Origin: Nitrospinota bacterium
GTDB lineage: Bacteria > UBA8248
Length of the DNA stretch: 39,794 nucleotides
Assembly (NCBI GenBank): GCA_030754595.1
Contig: JASLZZ010000118.1
Location: forward strand, 1 to 39,794
Direction of reading: 5' to 3'
In this document: piece after piece, positions 1-8,927 of the stretch
Numbering within the stretch: position 1 is the stretch's first letter
Layout of the letters: each line of letters opens with the position of its first letter
Position numbers and translations under genes: made by a program
Notes under the pieces: generated by a model
What the model saw: the letters and a program-made list of their open reading frames with translations, nothing else
Told to the model about the DNA's origin: nothing
The model's database searches: none

Positions 1-645
1 GCCGACAACGGTTTCGCCGAAGCGCTCACCCGGGCGCTCCGGCGCGAGGGGCACTTCTGCAAAGTGGCCGAAGAGGAAAACACCGCCCTTCAGGAAATCC
101 GCGCCCGCGGCCTCTCCCTCATTTTACTCGACGACGCCCCCGCGCTGCCCGCCCCTAGCGAGATTCGAACCTGGAGCATGTTGCCGATTCTGCTCATCGC
201 CGAGCCGGGCCGGGTTGAGACTCTCAGAACCCCCATCAAGGCCGACGACATACTTGTCAAACCCGTCCGCGAGGAAGAACTCCTCTTCCGGGTCCGGAAC
301 CTCTGCGAGCGGAAAGATTCAACGGACACCGATGTGGCCCGCTCCGGCGCCCAGGCAACCGGCCTCACCCTCGACGAGGACCATTACGAAATTCGTCTCA
401 ACGGCGTCCTTGTCGATCTCACTTTCCGGGAATTCGAGCTTCTCAAGCATTTGATTCAAAACCCCGGGAGGGTGTTTGACCGCAATCAGCTCCTAAATCT
501 CGTTTGGGGCGTGGACTATATCGGCGGGCCGAGGACGGTGGATGTCCATATCCGGCGTATCAGGGCGAAAATCGAAGCAGAAGGCGAAATCTTCATCACG
601 ACAATCCGGGGCGTCGGCTACAAATTCAACATCGGAACGGGTTAG
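1..645 (+). CDS. OmpR/PhoB-family winged-helix response regulator, GlnR-like (5' end runs off the window)
   Basis: Frame is open from base 1 (ADNGFAEALTRALRREGH...). Receiver-like ILLDD and DILVKP. C-terminal wHTH LTFREFELLKHL..PGRVF.R.QLL..VWG.DY.GG.RTVDVHIRRIRAK closely resembles actinobacterial GlnR. Lies directly upstream of amtB-glnA. Confidence 0.9.
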   Translation, partial: ADNGFAEALTRALRREGHFCKVAEEENTALQEIRARGLSLILLDDAPALPAPSEIRTWSMLPILLIAEPGRVETLRTPIKADDILVKPVREEELLFRVRNLCERKDSTDTDVARSGAQATGLTLDEDHYEIRLNGVLVDLTFREFELLKHLIQNPGRVFDRNQLLNLVWGVDYIGGPRTVDVHIRRIRAKIEAEGEIFITTIRGVGYKFNIGTG

Positions 646-698
646 CCACAAAACCGCAACACCGGGAGACAAGCGCTCCCTTCGGTTCCGGCCCCTAT

Positions 699-752
699 TT
701 AACTCCTCCGAAACTCATCCGAAATCTCCCTGAAACATATCCGCCCTAGCAT
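699..752 (+). promoter_or_regulatory. GlnR-box-like direct-repeat operator plus -10 element of the amtB promoter
   Basis: TTAAC(699)-n6-GAAAC(710)-n6-GAAAT(721)-n6-GAAAC(732), exact 11-bp period. TAGCAT at 747-752 lies 10 nt after the last pentamer. Confidence 0.7.
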
Positions 753-837
753 CAAAGTCCTCAAAGGGCGCATGCCCTATCGGTTTTTTTCTGGCTTATT
801 TAGAAACAATGCTGATTTGATAAACGGAGGATTTTAG

Positions 838-2214
838 ATGCGCTTTTTCGGCCTGGCAGCCGCCATCATCGCCCTGGCTTCGGTCTTTTCGGACGCCGGC
901 AACGCCTGGGCCCAGGACACCAAAGTTTTGGAGAAAAGCATTGTCGATCTTCGTGTCGCCCTCGACACGGTTTGGGTTCTGGTCGCTGGATTCTTGGTCT
1001 TTTGGATGCACGCCGGGTTCGCCATGCTCGAATCCGGCCTCTGCCGAGCGAAAAACACCATCGCCATCCTCTACAAGAACTTCGGCGTAGTGGCCGTCTC
1101 CTCTCTCGCCTTCTGGGTCATCGGCTTCGCCCTTATGTTCGGAGACGGAAATTACATTTTCGGGGCAAACGGCCTTTTTGTCTTTGGCGCCGACAACAGC
1201 CCCGCCATGGGCGACGCCTACAAAGGGGTTTTCTCCTCGCTCAACTGGTCGGGAATCCCGCTTCTGGCGAAATTTTTCTTCCAACTGGTATTCGCCGCCA
1301 CCGCGGCGACAATCGTCTCGGGCTGCGTCGCAGAGCGAATCCACTTTTCCTCGTTCATGATCTTCAGCTTTATCCTGGTCGCCGTCATCTACCCGATCCA
1401 GGGTCACTGGATCTGGGGCGGCGGTTGGCTGGGAAACTGGGGGTTCCTCGACTTCGCCGGATCGACCGTCGTTCACTCGGTCGGCGGATGGGCCGGGCTC
1501 GCGGGGATCATCGTCCTCGGCCCGCGAATCGGGAAATACGATTCCGCCGGGAAGATGACCCCGATTCCGGGCCACAACATGCCCCTGGTCACCCTGGGTG
1601 GTTTTATCCTTTGGCTCGGCTGGTTCGGCTTCAACCCGGGCAGCACAATGGGCACATCGGATCCCGGCCTCATCGCCCATATCGCCGTTACGACCAACCT
1701 CTCCGCGGCGGCGGGCGTGATCGCGTCGATCATCACCACCCGCGTTCTTTTCGGGAAACCCGATCTGTCGATGAGCGTCAACGGCGCCCTCGCCGGCTTG
1801 GTGGCCATCACGGCGCCGTGCGCCTTCGTCACACCGGCCGCCTCGGTCGTCATCGGGGCGATCGCGGGCGTCATCGTCTGCTTCTCGGTTCCGTTTTTCG
1901 ATAACCGAAAAATCGACGACCCGGTGGGCGCGCTCTCGGTCCACCTGGTGTGCGGCATATTCGGCACCATTGCCCTGGGTCTGTTCGGCGTTCCCGCGCT
2001 CACCGGCGGGGCGGCGGGGCTCTTCTATGGAGGAGGCGCGGCCTTCCTCATGAAACAAATCGTCGGCACCGTCGTCGTCGGCGCCTTTACTTTCATTTTC
2101 TCCTTGATTCTCTGGAATGCGGTCAAAACCTTCATCGGGGTGCGCGTGGACCCCGAGGACGAGCATATCGGCTTGGACCTCGCCGAGCACGGCATGGAGG
2201 CCTACCCCAGATAG
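838..2214 (+). CDS. amtB: Ammonium transporter (Amt family)
   Basis: Motifs GFAMLESG, FQLVFAATAATIVSG..AER, DFAGSTVVHSVGG, LWLGWFGFNPGS, IDDPVGALSVH (twin His intact), GLDLAEHG. SD GGAGG upstream. Confidence 0.97.
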   Translation: MRFFGLAAAIIALASVFSDAGNAWAQDTKVLEKSIVDLRVALDTVWVLVAGFLVFWMHAGFAMLESGLCRAKNTIAILYKNFGVVAVSSLAFWVIGFALMFGDGNYIFGANGLFVFGADNSPAMGDAYKGVFSSLNWSGIPLLAKFFFQLVFAATAATIVSGCVAERIHFSSFMIFSFILVAVIYPIQGHWIWGGGWLGNWGFLDFAGSTVVHSVGGWAGLAGIIVLGPRIGKYDSAGKMTPIPGHNMPLVTLGGFILWLGWFGFNPGSTMGTSDPGLIAHIAVTTNLSAAAGVIASIITTRVLFGKPDLSMSVNGALAGLVAITAPCAFVTPAASVVIGAIAGVIVCFSVPFFDNRKIDDPVGALSVHLVCGIFGTIALGLFGVPALTGGAAGLFYGGGAAFLMKQIVGTVVVGAFTFIFSLILWNAVKTFIGVRVDPEDEHIGLDLAEHGMEAYPR

Positions 2215-2258
2215 ATTCGCGGCGATATCGGGCCGGCCGCAGAAGCAAAAACGAACAT

Positions 2259-2289
2259 ATGGGGGGTCTTCACTTGGAAGGCCCCCCAT
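2259..2289 (+). terminator. Stem-loop between amtB and glnA (terminator or mRNA-stabilising hairpin)
   Basis: ATGGGGGGTCTTC-ACTTG-GAAGGCCCCCCAT, 13-bp stem with one G-U, followed only by a short TATTCT tail. Confidence 0.5.
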
Positions 2290-2356
2290 TATTCTGATAT
2301 ACGACCCTGTGGGAGGGATTCCCGGCATAACCCCCGAAACCACCCAGGAGGGGACA

Positions 2357-3703
2357 GTGAGCTCTGAAATGCAGGATCGGGACAAGGAATACGTACTCAA
2401 CCAGGCGCGCGAGCTGGGGGTGCGCTTCATCCGCATGTGGTTCACCGATATCCTCGGCTTCCTCAAGAGCTTCGCCATCACCATCGAGGAGCTCGATACC
2501 GCCCTGTACGATGGCCACATTTTCGACGGCTCCTCCATCGAGGGCTTCACGCGGATCGAAGAGAGCGACATGTTCGCCCATCCCGACCCGACGACCTTCT
2601 GCGTCCTGCCCTGGCGCCCCAAAAAGGGTGGCGCCGTCGCCCGCATGTTCTGCGACATCCGCCAGGCGGACGACTCGCCCTACGAAGGCGACCCGCGTTT
2701 CGTGCTAAGGCGATCGCTCGAAGCCGCCGCCAAGAAGGGATTCACCTTCTACGTCGGCGCCGAGTTCGAACACTATTATTTCGAGTCCACCGAGCTGCCC
2801 CTGAAAAAACTCGACAACGGCGGATACTTCGATCTCACCCCGCTCGATGTGGCCAGCGACCTGCGGCGCGACACCGTCCTCAACCTCGAAGAAATGGGCA
2901 TCGGCGTCGAATTCAGCCACCATGAAGTGGGGCCAAGCCAACACGAGATTGACCTTCGCTACGGCGACGCGCTCACGATGGCGGACAACGCGATGACCCA
3001 CCGGCTCGTCGTCAAGGAAGTGGCCATGCGCAACGGCGTCTACGCCACCTTCATGCCCCGGCCCCTCCAGGAGAGCAACGGCAACGGCATGCACACCCAT
3101 CTCTCGCTCTTCCAGGGAGCCAATAACGCCTTCCACGACGAATCAAAGCCCGACGGCCTCTCGGACCTGTGCCACGGCTTCATCGCCGGTCTACTTCGCC
3201 ACATCCCCGAGATAACCATCGTCCTCAACCAGTGGGCCAACAGCTACAAACGCCTCGTCCCCGGCATCGAGGCCCCACTCCATATCTCGTGGGCGCACAA
3301 GAACCGCAGCGACCTGATCCGCATCCCCACGAACCGCAAGGGACGCCCCTCGGACACCCGGGTCGAACTCCGCTCCCCCGATTCGGCGTGCAACCCCTAC
3401 CTCACTTTCGCGCTCATCCTCGCGGCAGGAATGAAGGGAATCGAGGAAAACTACCCCCCCGTTCCCCCGGTCGAGGAAAACGTCTTAAAGCTCAGCGAAG
3501 CCGAGCGGGCCGCCCGCGGCATCGGCAGCCTCCCGGCCGACCTCAACGAGGCCATCAAGGCGGCGGAGAACAGTGAACTATTGAAGGAAGTCTTCGGCGA
3601 GGAACTGCAGGACAAGTTCATCTCGAACAAGAAAATGGAGTGGGAGCGCTACCGGGCCCACGTCTCGGATTTCGAACTCACCACCTACCTGCCCATTCTC
3701 TAA
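2357..3703 (+). CDS. glnA: Glutamine synthetase family protein, type I-alpha / GlnA2-like
   Basis: RMWFTDILG.LKS, FDGSSIEGF, HHEVGPSQHEI, TFMP.P...NG.GMHTHLS, YKRLVPG.EAP, NRS.LIRIP, RVELRSPD. Start GTG 2357 after AGGAGGG (alternative ATG 2369). Confidence 0.93.
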   Translation: MSSEMQDRDKEYVLNQARELGVRFIRMWFTDILGFLKSFAITIEELDTALYDGHIFDGSSIEGFTRIEESDMFAHPDPTTFCVLPWRPKKGGAVARMFCDIRQADDSPYEGDPRFVLRRSLEAAAKKGFTFYVGAEFEHYYFESTELPLKKLDNGGYFDLTPLDVASDLRRDTVLNLEEMGIGVEFSHHEVGPSQHEIDLRYGDALTMADNAMTHRLVVKEVAMRNGVYATFMPRPLQESNGNGMHTHLSLFQGANNAFHDESKPDGLSDLCHGFIAGLLRHIPEITIVLNQWANSYKRLVPGIEAPLHISWAHKNRSDLIRIPTNRKGRPSDTRVELRSPDSACNPYLTFALILAAGMKGIEENYPPVPPVEENVLKLSEAERAARGIGSLPADLNEAIKAAENSELLKEVFGEELQDKFISNKKMEWERYRAHVSDFELTTYLPIL

Positions 3704-3814
3704 AGCAAAGCGTTTTCTTTCCTGGCGTCGGAAAAAGGTTTTTCGGCTATCCGAACCAGGCGCGCCTCGAAATTCTCCTGCTCTCGAAATTTTCATAGCC
3801 TAAACCCGACTTAT

Positions 3815-4153
3815 CTATTCAGACGAAGGAAGAACGCTCCCGGCAAGCCAATCCAGGTAGGGACCGCTCCCCTGGTCGATCCGAAGGGCGATCACTTCGG
3901 GAACCTCATAACTGTGGATGGCGCGGACCCTTTCCTCCAAGTCATTGAGAGCGTCCGCATCCGTTTTGATCACCATCAAAACCTCCCGATCGTCCTCCAC
4001 CTTCCCCTGCCAGCGGTAGATGCTCCGCACGCCGGGTATGATGTTGACGCAGGCGGCCAGCCGCTCCTCGACCAGCGCCCGGGCTATCTTCGCCGCCTCC
4101 TCGTCCGAGCCCGCCGTCACCAGCGCCACACGGAACGCCTCAGCCCCTTTCAT
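3815..4153 (-). CDS. cutA: Divalent-cation tolerance protein CutA
   Basis: IARALVEERLAACVNIIPG.RSIYRWQG, HSYEVPEVIA, YLDWL. ATG at 4153. Confidence 0.95.
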   Translation of the reverse strand: MKGAEAFRVALVTAGSDEEAAKIARALVEERLAACVNIIPGVRSIYRWQGKVEDDREVLMVIKTDADALNDLEERVRAIHSYEVPEVIALRIDQGSGPYLDWLAGSVLPSSE

Positions 4154-4179
4154 CCCTGCGCCCTCTCCGTGTGAAGTCC

Positions 4180-5154
4180 CTATCCCCCGGCGGAGCCCAA
4201 AAGCCGCTCCGCCGCCGTATAGGGGTCCTCCCTCCGCGCCGCGATATCGGCGAGTATTTTCTGAAATTCGGGCTCCCCCTCGCGGCCGCCGATGACGCGC
4301 TCGGCGGCGAGGGTTTTGAGCGTCTCGGTCAATACCTGCCGCGCGCGCGCGCGCCCCAGAGCCTCCGCCACCTCGGGATGAGATTCCAGATAGGCCCACC
4401 GGGCGGAAACCGCCCCCATGAGACCAGCAATCCCCTCGCCCACCAACGCCTCGGTTTTCAGAACCGGCGGGCGCCAGGCGTCCGGCCCTCGATCCGGCCC
4501 CTGGTGGAGCATCTCCTCGATCATTTTGGCGCTCCGCTCCGCGCCCTCTCGCCGTGCCTTGTTCACCACGAAAACGTGGGCGATTTCCATGATGCCCGCC
4601 TTCGCCGCCTGGATATCGTCGCCCTCGCCGGGCGCGAGAGCGAGAATAACCGTCTCGGCCATGTGCACGACCTCGACTTCGGCCTGACCGACCCCCACCG
4701 TTTCGACGAGGATGACGTCCCAGCCCATCACGTCGAGGATCTGGATGGCCTCACCGCTCGCCCGCGCGAGGCCGCCCAGGTGGCCGCGCGTGGCCATGCT
4801 CCGGATAAAAACATCGGGATCGGTGAAGTGCCGCCCGAGGCGAATCCGGTCGCCGAGGATGGCTCCGCCCGTGAACGGGCTCGTCGGATCGACAGCGAGG
4901 AGGGCAACGCGCTTTCCGGCCGCCCTGAATTCGCCAATCAACTGATCGGCCAGTGTGCTCTTGCCGACGCCGGGCGGCCCGGTCAAGGCGATGGTCCGGG
5001 CCTCTCCTCCGCCGCGATAGATTTCCTTGATCAGCGGACGGGCCGATGGGTCGCCGTCCTCGATTCGGCGGATAAGCCTTGAGGCCGCGAGAACGTCTCC
5101 CGAGAGGATGGCGGCGGTTTCTAGTGAAGATGGGAGTGAGGGTGATTTAGACAT
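4180..5154 (-). CDS. meaB: Methylmalonyl-CoA mutase-associated GTPase MeaB (ArgK/LAO family)
   Basis: TGPPGVGKST, AVDPTSPFTGGAILGDRIR, FIRSMATRGHLGGL, ETVGVGQAE, GDDIQAAKAGIME, VVNKA. Confidence 0.93.
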   Translation of the reverse strand: MSKSPSLPSSLETAAILSGDVLAASRLIRRIEDGDPSARPLIKEIYRGGGEARTIALTGPPGVGKSTLADQLIGEFRAAGKRVALLAVDPTSPFTGGAILGDRIRLGRHFTDPDVFIRSMATRGHLGGLARASGEAIQILDVMGWDVILVETVGVGQAEVEVVHMAETVILALAPGEGDDIQAAKAGIMEIAHVFVVNKARREGAERSAKMIEEMLHQGPDRGPDAWRPPVLKTEALVGEGIAGLMGAVSARWAYLESHPEVAEALGRARARQVLTETLKTLAAERVIGGREGEPEFQKILADIAARREDPYTAAERLLGSAGG

Positions 5155-5202
5155 GGCTACGGCTGCCAGAAGGGGCGAAGGGGGGCCGGGGCGAAAAGAT
5201 AC

Positions 5203-5685
5203 TCAGATTTCATCGATGGTCTTGTCCACCACGAGCGGCGGGCGGTAGCCGGGAAGCTCCTGGACATAAGGGCAATCCTCAGGGAGCCCCCCCATCTGCA
5301 TGATTTCGGCACCGACCGGCAAGCAAAGGGGCTCATTGTCGAAGCGGTCTTCGTAGCATTTACATAGGTTCGTCTTCGTGTCGAAGTAACCGCAGGCGCT
5401 CTTGAGGAGCATGAGCCGCGAGCCGCGCCAAACCTTATCGTAACAACACTTTCCGCATTCGGTGCACAGGGCCTCCCACTCGGGCGAACCCTGGGGCGGC
5501 AGGTTCCTTTTGAGCCACCTTTCGATGCGTTCGATCTCGAGCTGTTTTTTGGTCTTGCCCCCGGCGCCCCGCCCGGCCTTTGACCCCGAGGTCGACGAGC
5601 GGCCGTTCCGGCGCTCCCTGACAACGGCGAGCGCTGAATCGATGGCGCGCTGCTTCGCTGTTTTTCGGCTGGATTTTCGAGCCAT
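5203..5685 (-). CDS. YcgN/YkgJ-like cysteine-cluster (CxxCxxCC) protein with basic N-terminal extension
   Basis: EWEALCTECGKCC..K, AC......C.CYEDRF..EP.C, LPEDCPY match the UPF0260/YcgN pattern. ATG 5685 (TTG 5691 alternative). Confidence 0.75.
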   Translation of the reverse strand: MARKSSRKTAKQRAIDSALAVVRERRNGRSSTSGSKAGRGAGGKTKKQLEIERIERWLKRNLPPQGSPEWEALCTECGKCCYDKVWRGSRLMLLKSACGYFDTKTNLCKCYEDRFDNEPLCLPVGAEIMQMGGLPEDCPYVQELPGYRPPLVVDKTIDEI

Positions 5686-5698
5686 CCCCAAACCGTCC

Positions 5699-6481
<783 letters not shown>

Positions 6482-6610
6482 TAACTTATCCCCTAAAACC
6501 TATATTTACATCCAGGCAATCACCCGTAGGCCCTAAGTAGTCGAAGCAAATTCTCAATAAAGTCCAATAAAGCGTTGATTTCATTCATTTTTAACTTTCG
6601 TTTTGTACGA

Positions 6611-7801
6611 TCAGTCGGGAAGCGCCTCGACAACGACCGAAAGCCCCATTCCGCCGCCGATGCAGGCGCCGGCCAGACCGTATTTCCCGCCCCGCCGCCT
6701 GAGTTCCATTAGCGTCGTCAGGGTGAGACGGGCTCCGCTCGCTCCCACCGGGTGCCCGATGGCGATGGCGCCGCCGTTTACGTTCGTCTTCTCCCGGGGC
6801 AGACTCAGCTCCTTTTCGACCGCCAGATACTGGGCCGAGAACGCCTCGTTGATCTCGATCAAGTCCATGTCGTCGAGCTCAAGGCCGGCCTTCCTCAGGG
6901 CGATCCGGCTGCTCTCGGCCGGGCCGATTCCCATGATCTCGGGGTCGCAGCCCGACACCCCCCAGGATACCAGCCGGCCGATGGGCTTGAGGCCGTGCTT
7001 GTCAGCGGCCTCGAGCGATGAGATCACCAGGGCGGCGGCGCCGTCGTTGATTCCGCTGGCGTTGCCCGCCGTGACGACCCCGCCCTCCTTGAATACCGGC
7101 CTCAGGCCCGCCAGTTTCTCCGCGGTCGAACCGGGCCGAATGTGCTCGTCCCGATCAAAGGTGATCGTCTTTTTCCGCTGCTTGATCTCGACCGGGATGC
7201 ACTCCTCGGCGAGGCGGCCGCTGTCCCAGGCCTCGGTGGCGCGGGCCTGGCTCAGGGCGGCGAACTCATCCACCGCCTCGCGGTGAAGGTCGTATTTTTC
7301 GGCCAGGTTCTCGGCGGTGATGCCCATCTGAATATTGGCGTAATGGTCGCTCAGGGCGTTTTCCAGGCCGTCCTCCATCGAGGTCTGAAACAGCCCGATT
7401 CCCGTGCGCGAGTTGCGGATGATGTGGGGGGTCAGGCTCATGTTCTCAGCCCCCACGGCGAGGACGAAGTCGGCGTCCCCCGTTAATATCTCCTTGGCCC
7501 CGCTCACAACGGCCTGAAACCCCGACGCGCACATCCGGTTGACGCAGTAGCCCGGCTTGTCTTTCGGGACACCCGCCGCCAACGCGACGTGGCGGCCGAT
7601 ATACACGCCGTCCGCGGACGACTGGATCACGTTGCCGATCACCGTGTGGTCAATCATCCCCGGCTCGACGCCCGAGCGCACCAACGCCTCCTTCGCGGCA
7701 ATCGTGCCGAGCTGGGTGGCGGTCATGTCCTTCAACGTTCCCAGAAACGTCCCGAACGGGGTCCGCGCGCCGCCGAGAATGACAATCTCCTGATCAGGCA
7801 T
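6611..7801 (-). CDS. Acetyl-CoA C-acyltransferase (thiolase)
   Basis: VNRMCASG, NASGINDGAAA, EINEAF, GHPVGASG, ACIGGGMG. Confidence 0.96.
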   Translation of the reverse strand: MPDQEIVILGGARTPFGTFLGTLKDMTATQLGTIAAKEALVRSGVEPGMIDHTVIGNVIQSSADGVYIGRHVALAAGVPKDKPGYCVNRMCASGFQAVVSGAKEILTGDADFVLAVGAENMSLTPHIIRNSRTGIGLFQTSMEDGLENALSDHYANIQMGITAENLAEKYDLHREAVDEFAALSQARATEAWDSGRLAEECIPVEIKQRKKTITFDRDEHIRPGSTAEKLAGLRPVFKEGGVVTAGNASGINDGAAALVISSLEAADKHGLKPIGRLVSWGVSGCDPEIMGIGPAESSRIALRKAGLELDDMDLIEINEAFSAQYLAVEKELSLPREKTNVNGGAIAIGHPVGASGARLTLTTLMELRRRGGKYGLAGACIGGGMGLSVVVEALPD

Positions 7802-7881
7802 GGTGAAATCTCCCTAGACTCCCAGATTCATAAAATAAGATTCAAGAAAATAAAATTTCATACAATGCCGTGCAACTCGGC

Positions 7882-8922
7882 CTAAAGCCACGACAACGGG
7901 GTGGCCGCGTCTCCCGACAGCCGCCGCGCCGCGTCGCGGGCGAAATAGGTGAAAATCAGATCGGCCCCCGCCCGGCGGATCGAAGTCAAAACCTCCATGA
8001 ACGCCCGCTCGGGGTCGATCCACCCGTTCTGCGAGGCCGCCACCACCATCGCGAACTCCCCCGAGACGTTATAGGCGGCAACCGGGACGTCCACCCGGTC
8101 CCTCACCCGCGCGATCAGGTCCAGGTATGAGAGCGCCGGCTTCACCATCACGATATCGGCCCCCTCCTCGAGGTCGAAATCCACCTCGCGCATCGCCTCT
8201 CGCGCGTTGGCCGGGTCCATCTGGTAGGAGTTCCTGTCCCCGAACGAGGGAGCGCTCTCGGCCGCCACCCGGAAGGGGCCGTAAAAACTGCTCGCGAACT
8301 TCGCCGAATAGGCCATGACGGGGGTCTGGGCGAAGCCGGCCTGATCGAGGGCCCGGCGGATGGCGCCGACGCGGCCGTCCATCATGTCCGAGGGGGCGAC
8401 CATGTCGGCCCCGGCGGCGGCGTGGCTCACGGCCGTCCGCTCGAGAAACTCGAGCGTCGGATCGTTCAAAATCCTATCGCCCTCGACGATACCGCAGTGG
8501 CCGTGGTCCATGTACTCGCAGAGGCAGACATCTGTGATGACACAGAGATCGGGATAGGCCGACTTGAGGGCCCTGACGGCCTCCTGAACGACGCCGCTGT
8601 CGCTGTAGGCCTCGGTGGCCGCGTCGTCCTTATGGTCGGGGATTCCGAAAAGGATGACGCCCGGAATTTTAAGGGCAACGACCTCGGCGCACTCGGCCAC
8701 GAGAGCGTCCACCGAAAGCTGATACTGGCCCGGCATCGAGGAAATCTCATCCTTCACCCCCTCGCCTTCGACGACAAACATGGGATAAAGCAAATTGTCC
8801 ACGGACAAGCGGGTCTCCCGGACCATCCGCCGGAGCGTCGCCGTCTCGCGCGTGCGCCGGGTCCGCCGGATGATGTCCTCGCGGGTCCCGGTCAGAAGGG
8901 AGCCGGTGTCTCTCACTGCCAT
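7882..8922 (-). CDS. hemB: Porphobilinogen synthase (Zn-type)
   Basis: DVCLCEYMDHGHCG, APSDMMDGRV, YSAKFASSFYGPFR, MVKPA, YNVSGE. Start ATG 8922, or GTG 8916 which is better spaced from GGAGG. Confidence 0.97.
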   Translation of the reverse strand: MAVRDTGSLLTGTREDIIRRTRRTRETATLRRMVRETRLSVDNLLYPMFVVEGEGVKDEISSMPGQYQLSVDALVAECAEVVALKIPGVILFGIPDHKDDAATEAYSDSGVVQEAVRALKSAYPDLCVITDVCLCEYMDHGHCGIVEGDRILNDPTLEFLERTAVSHAAAGADMVAPSDMMDGRVGAIRRALDQAGFAQTPVMAYSAKFASSFYGPFRVAAESAPSFGDRNSYQMDPANAREAMREVDFDLEEGADIVMVKPALSYLDLIARVRDRVDVPVAAYNVSGEFAMVVAASQNGWIDPERAFMEVLTSIRRAGADLIFTYFARDAARRLSGDAATPLSWL

Positions 8923-8927
8923 GCCTC

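Noticed and set aside
2327..2340. Second GlnR box before glnA (ATAAC-n4-GAAAC)
   Set aside because: The spacer is 4 nt rather than 6, with no further phased repeats.
2117..2356. AmtB-GlnA fusion (removing one AGAT of AGATAGAT at 2209-2216 would join the frames)
   Set aside because: amtB already ends at its usual C-terminal motif. The gap contains a strong hairpin and glnA has its own SD. An open ~47-codon stretch is unremarkable at this GC content.
796..2658. Long antisense or alternate-frame ORFs (e.g. 796-2658, 11249-12526, 16478-17473, 23089-24816, 23228-25138, 34418-35413, 38346-39392)
   Set aside because: They overlap well-supported genes, are R/G/P/A-rich without family motifs, and are expected shadows of high-GC codon bias.
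6555..6572. CAATAAAG direct repeat upstream of the crotonase gene
   Set aside because: Only two short copies in an AT-rich spacer, which is not enough to call an operator.
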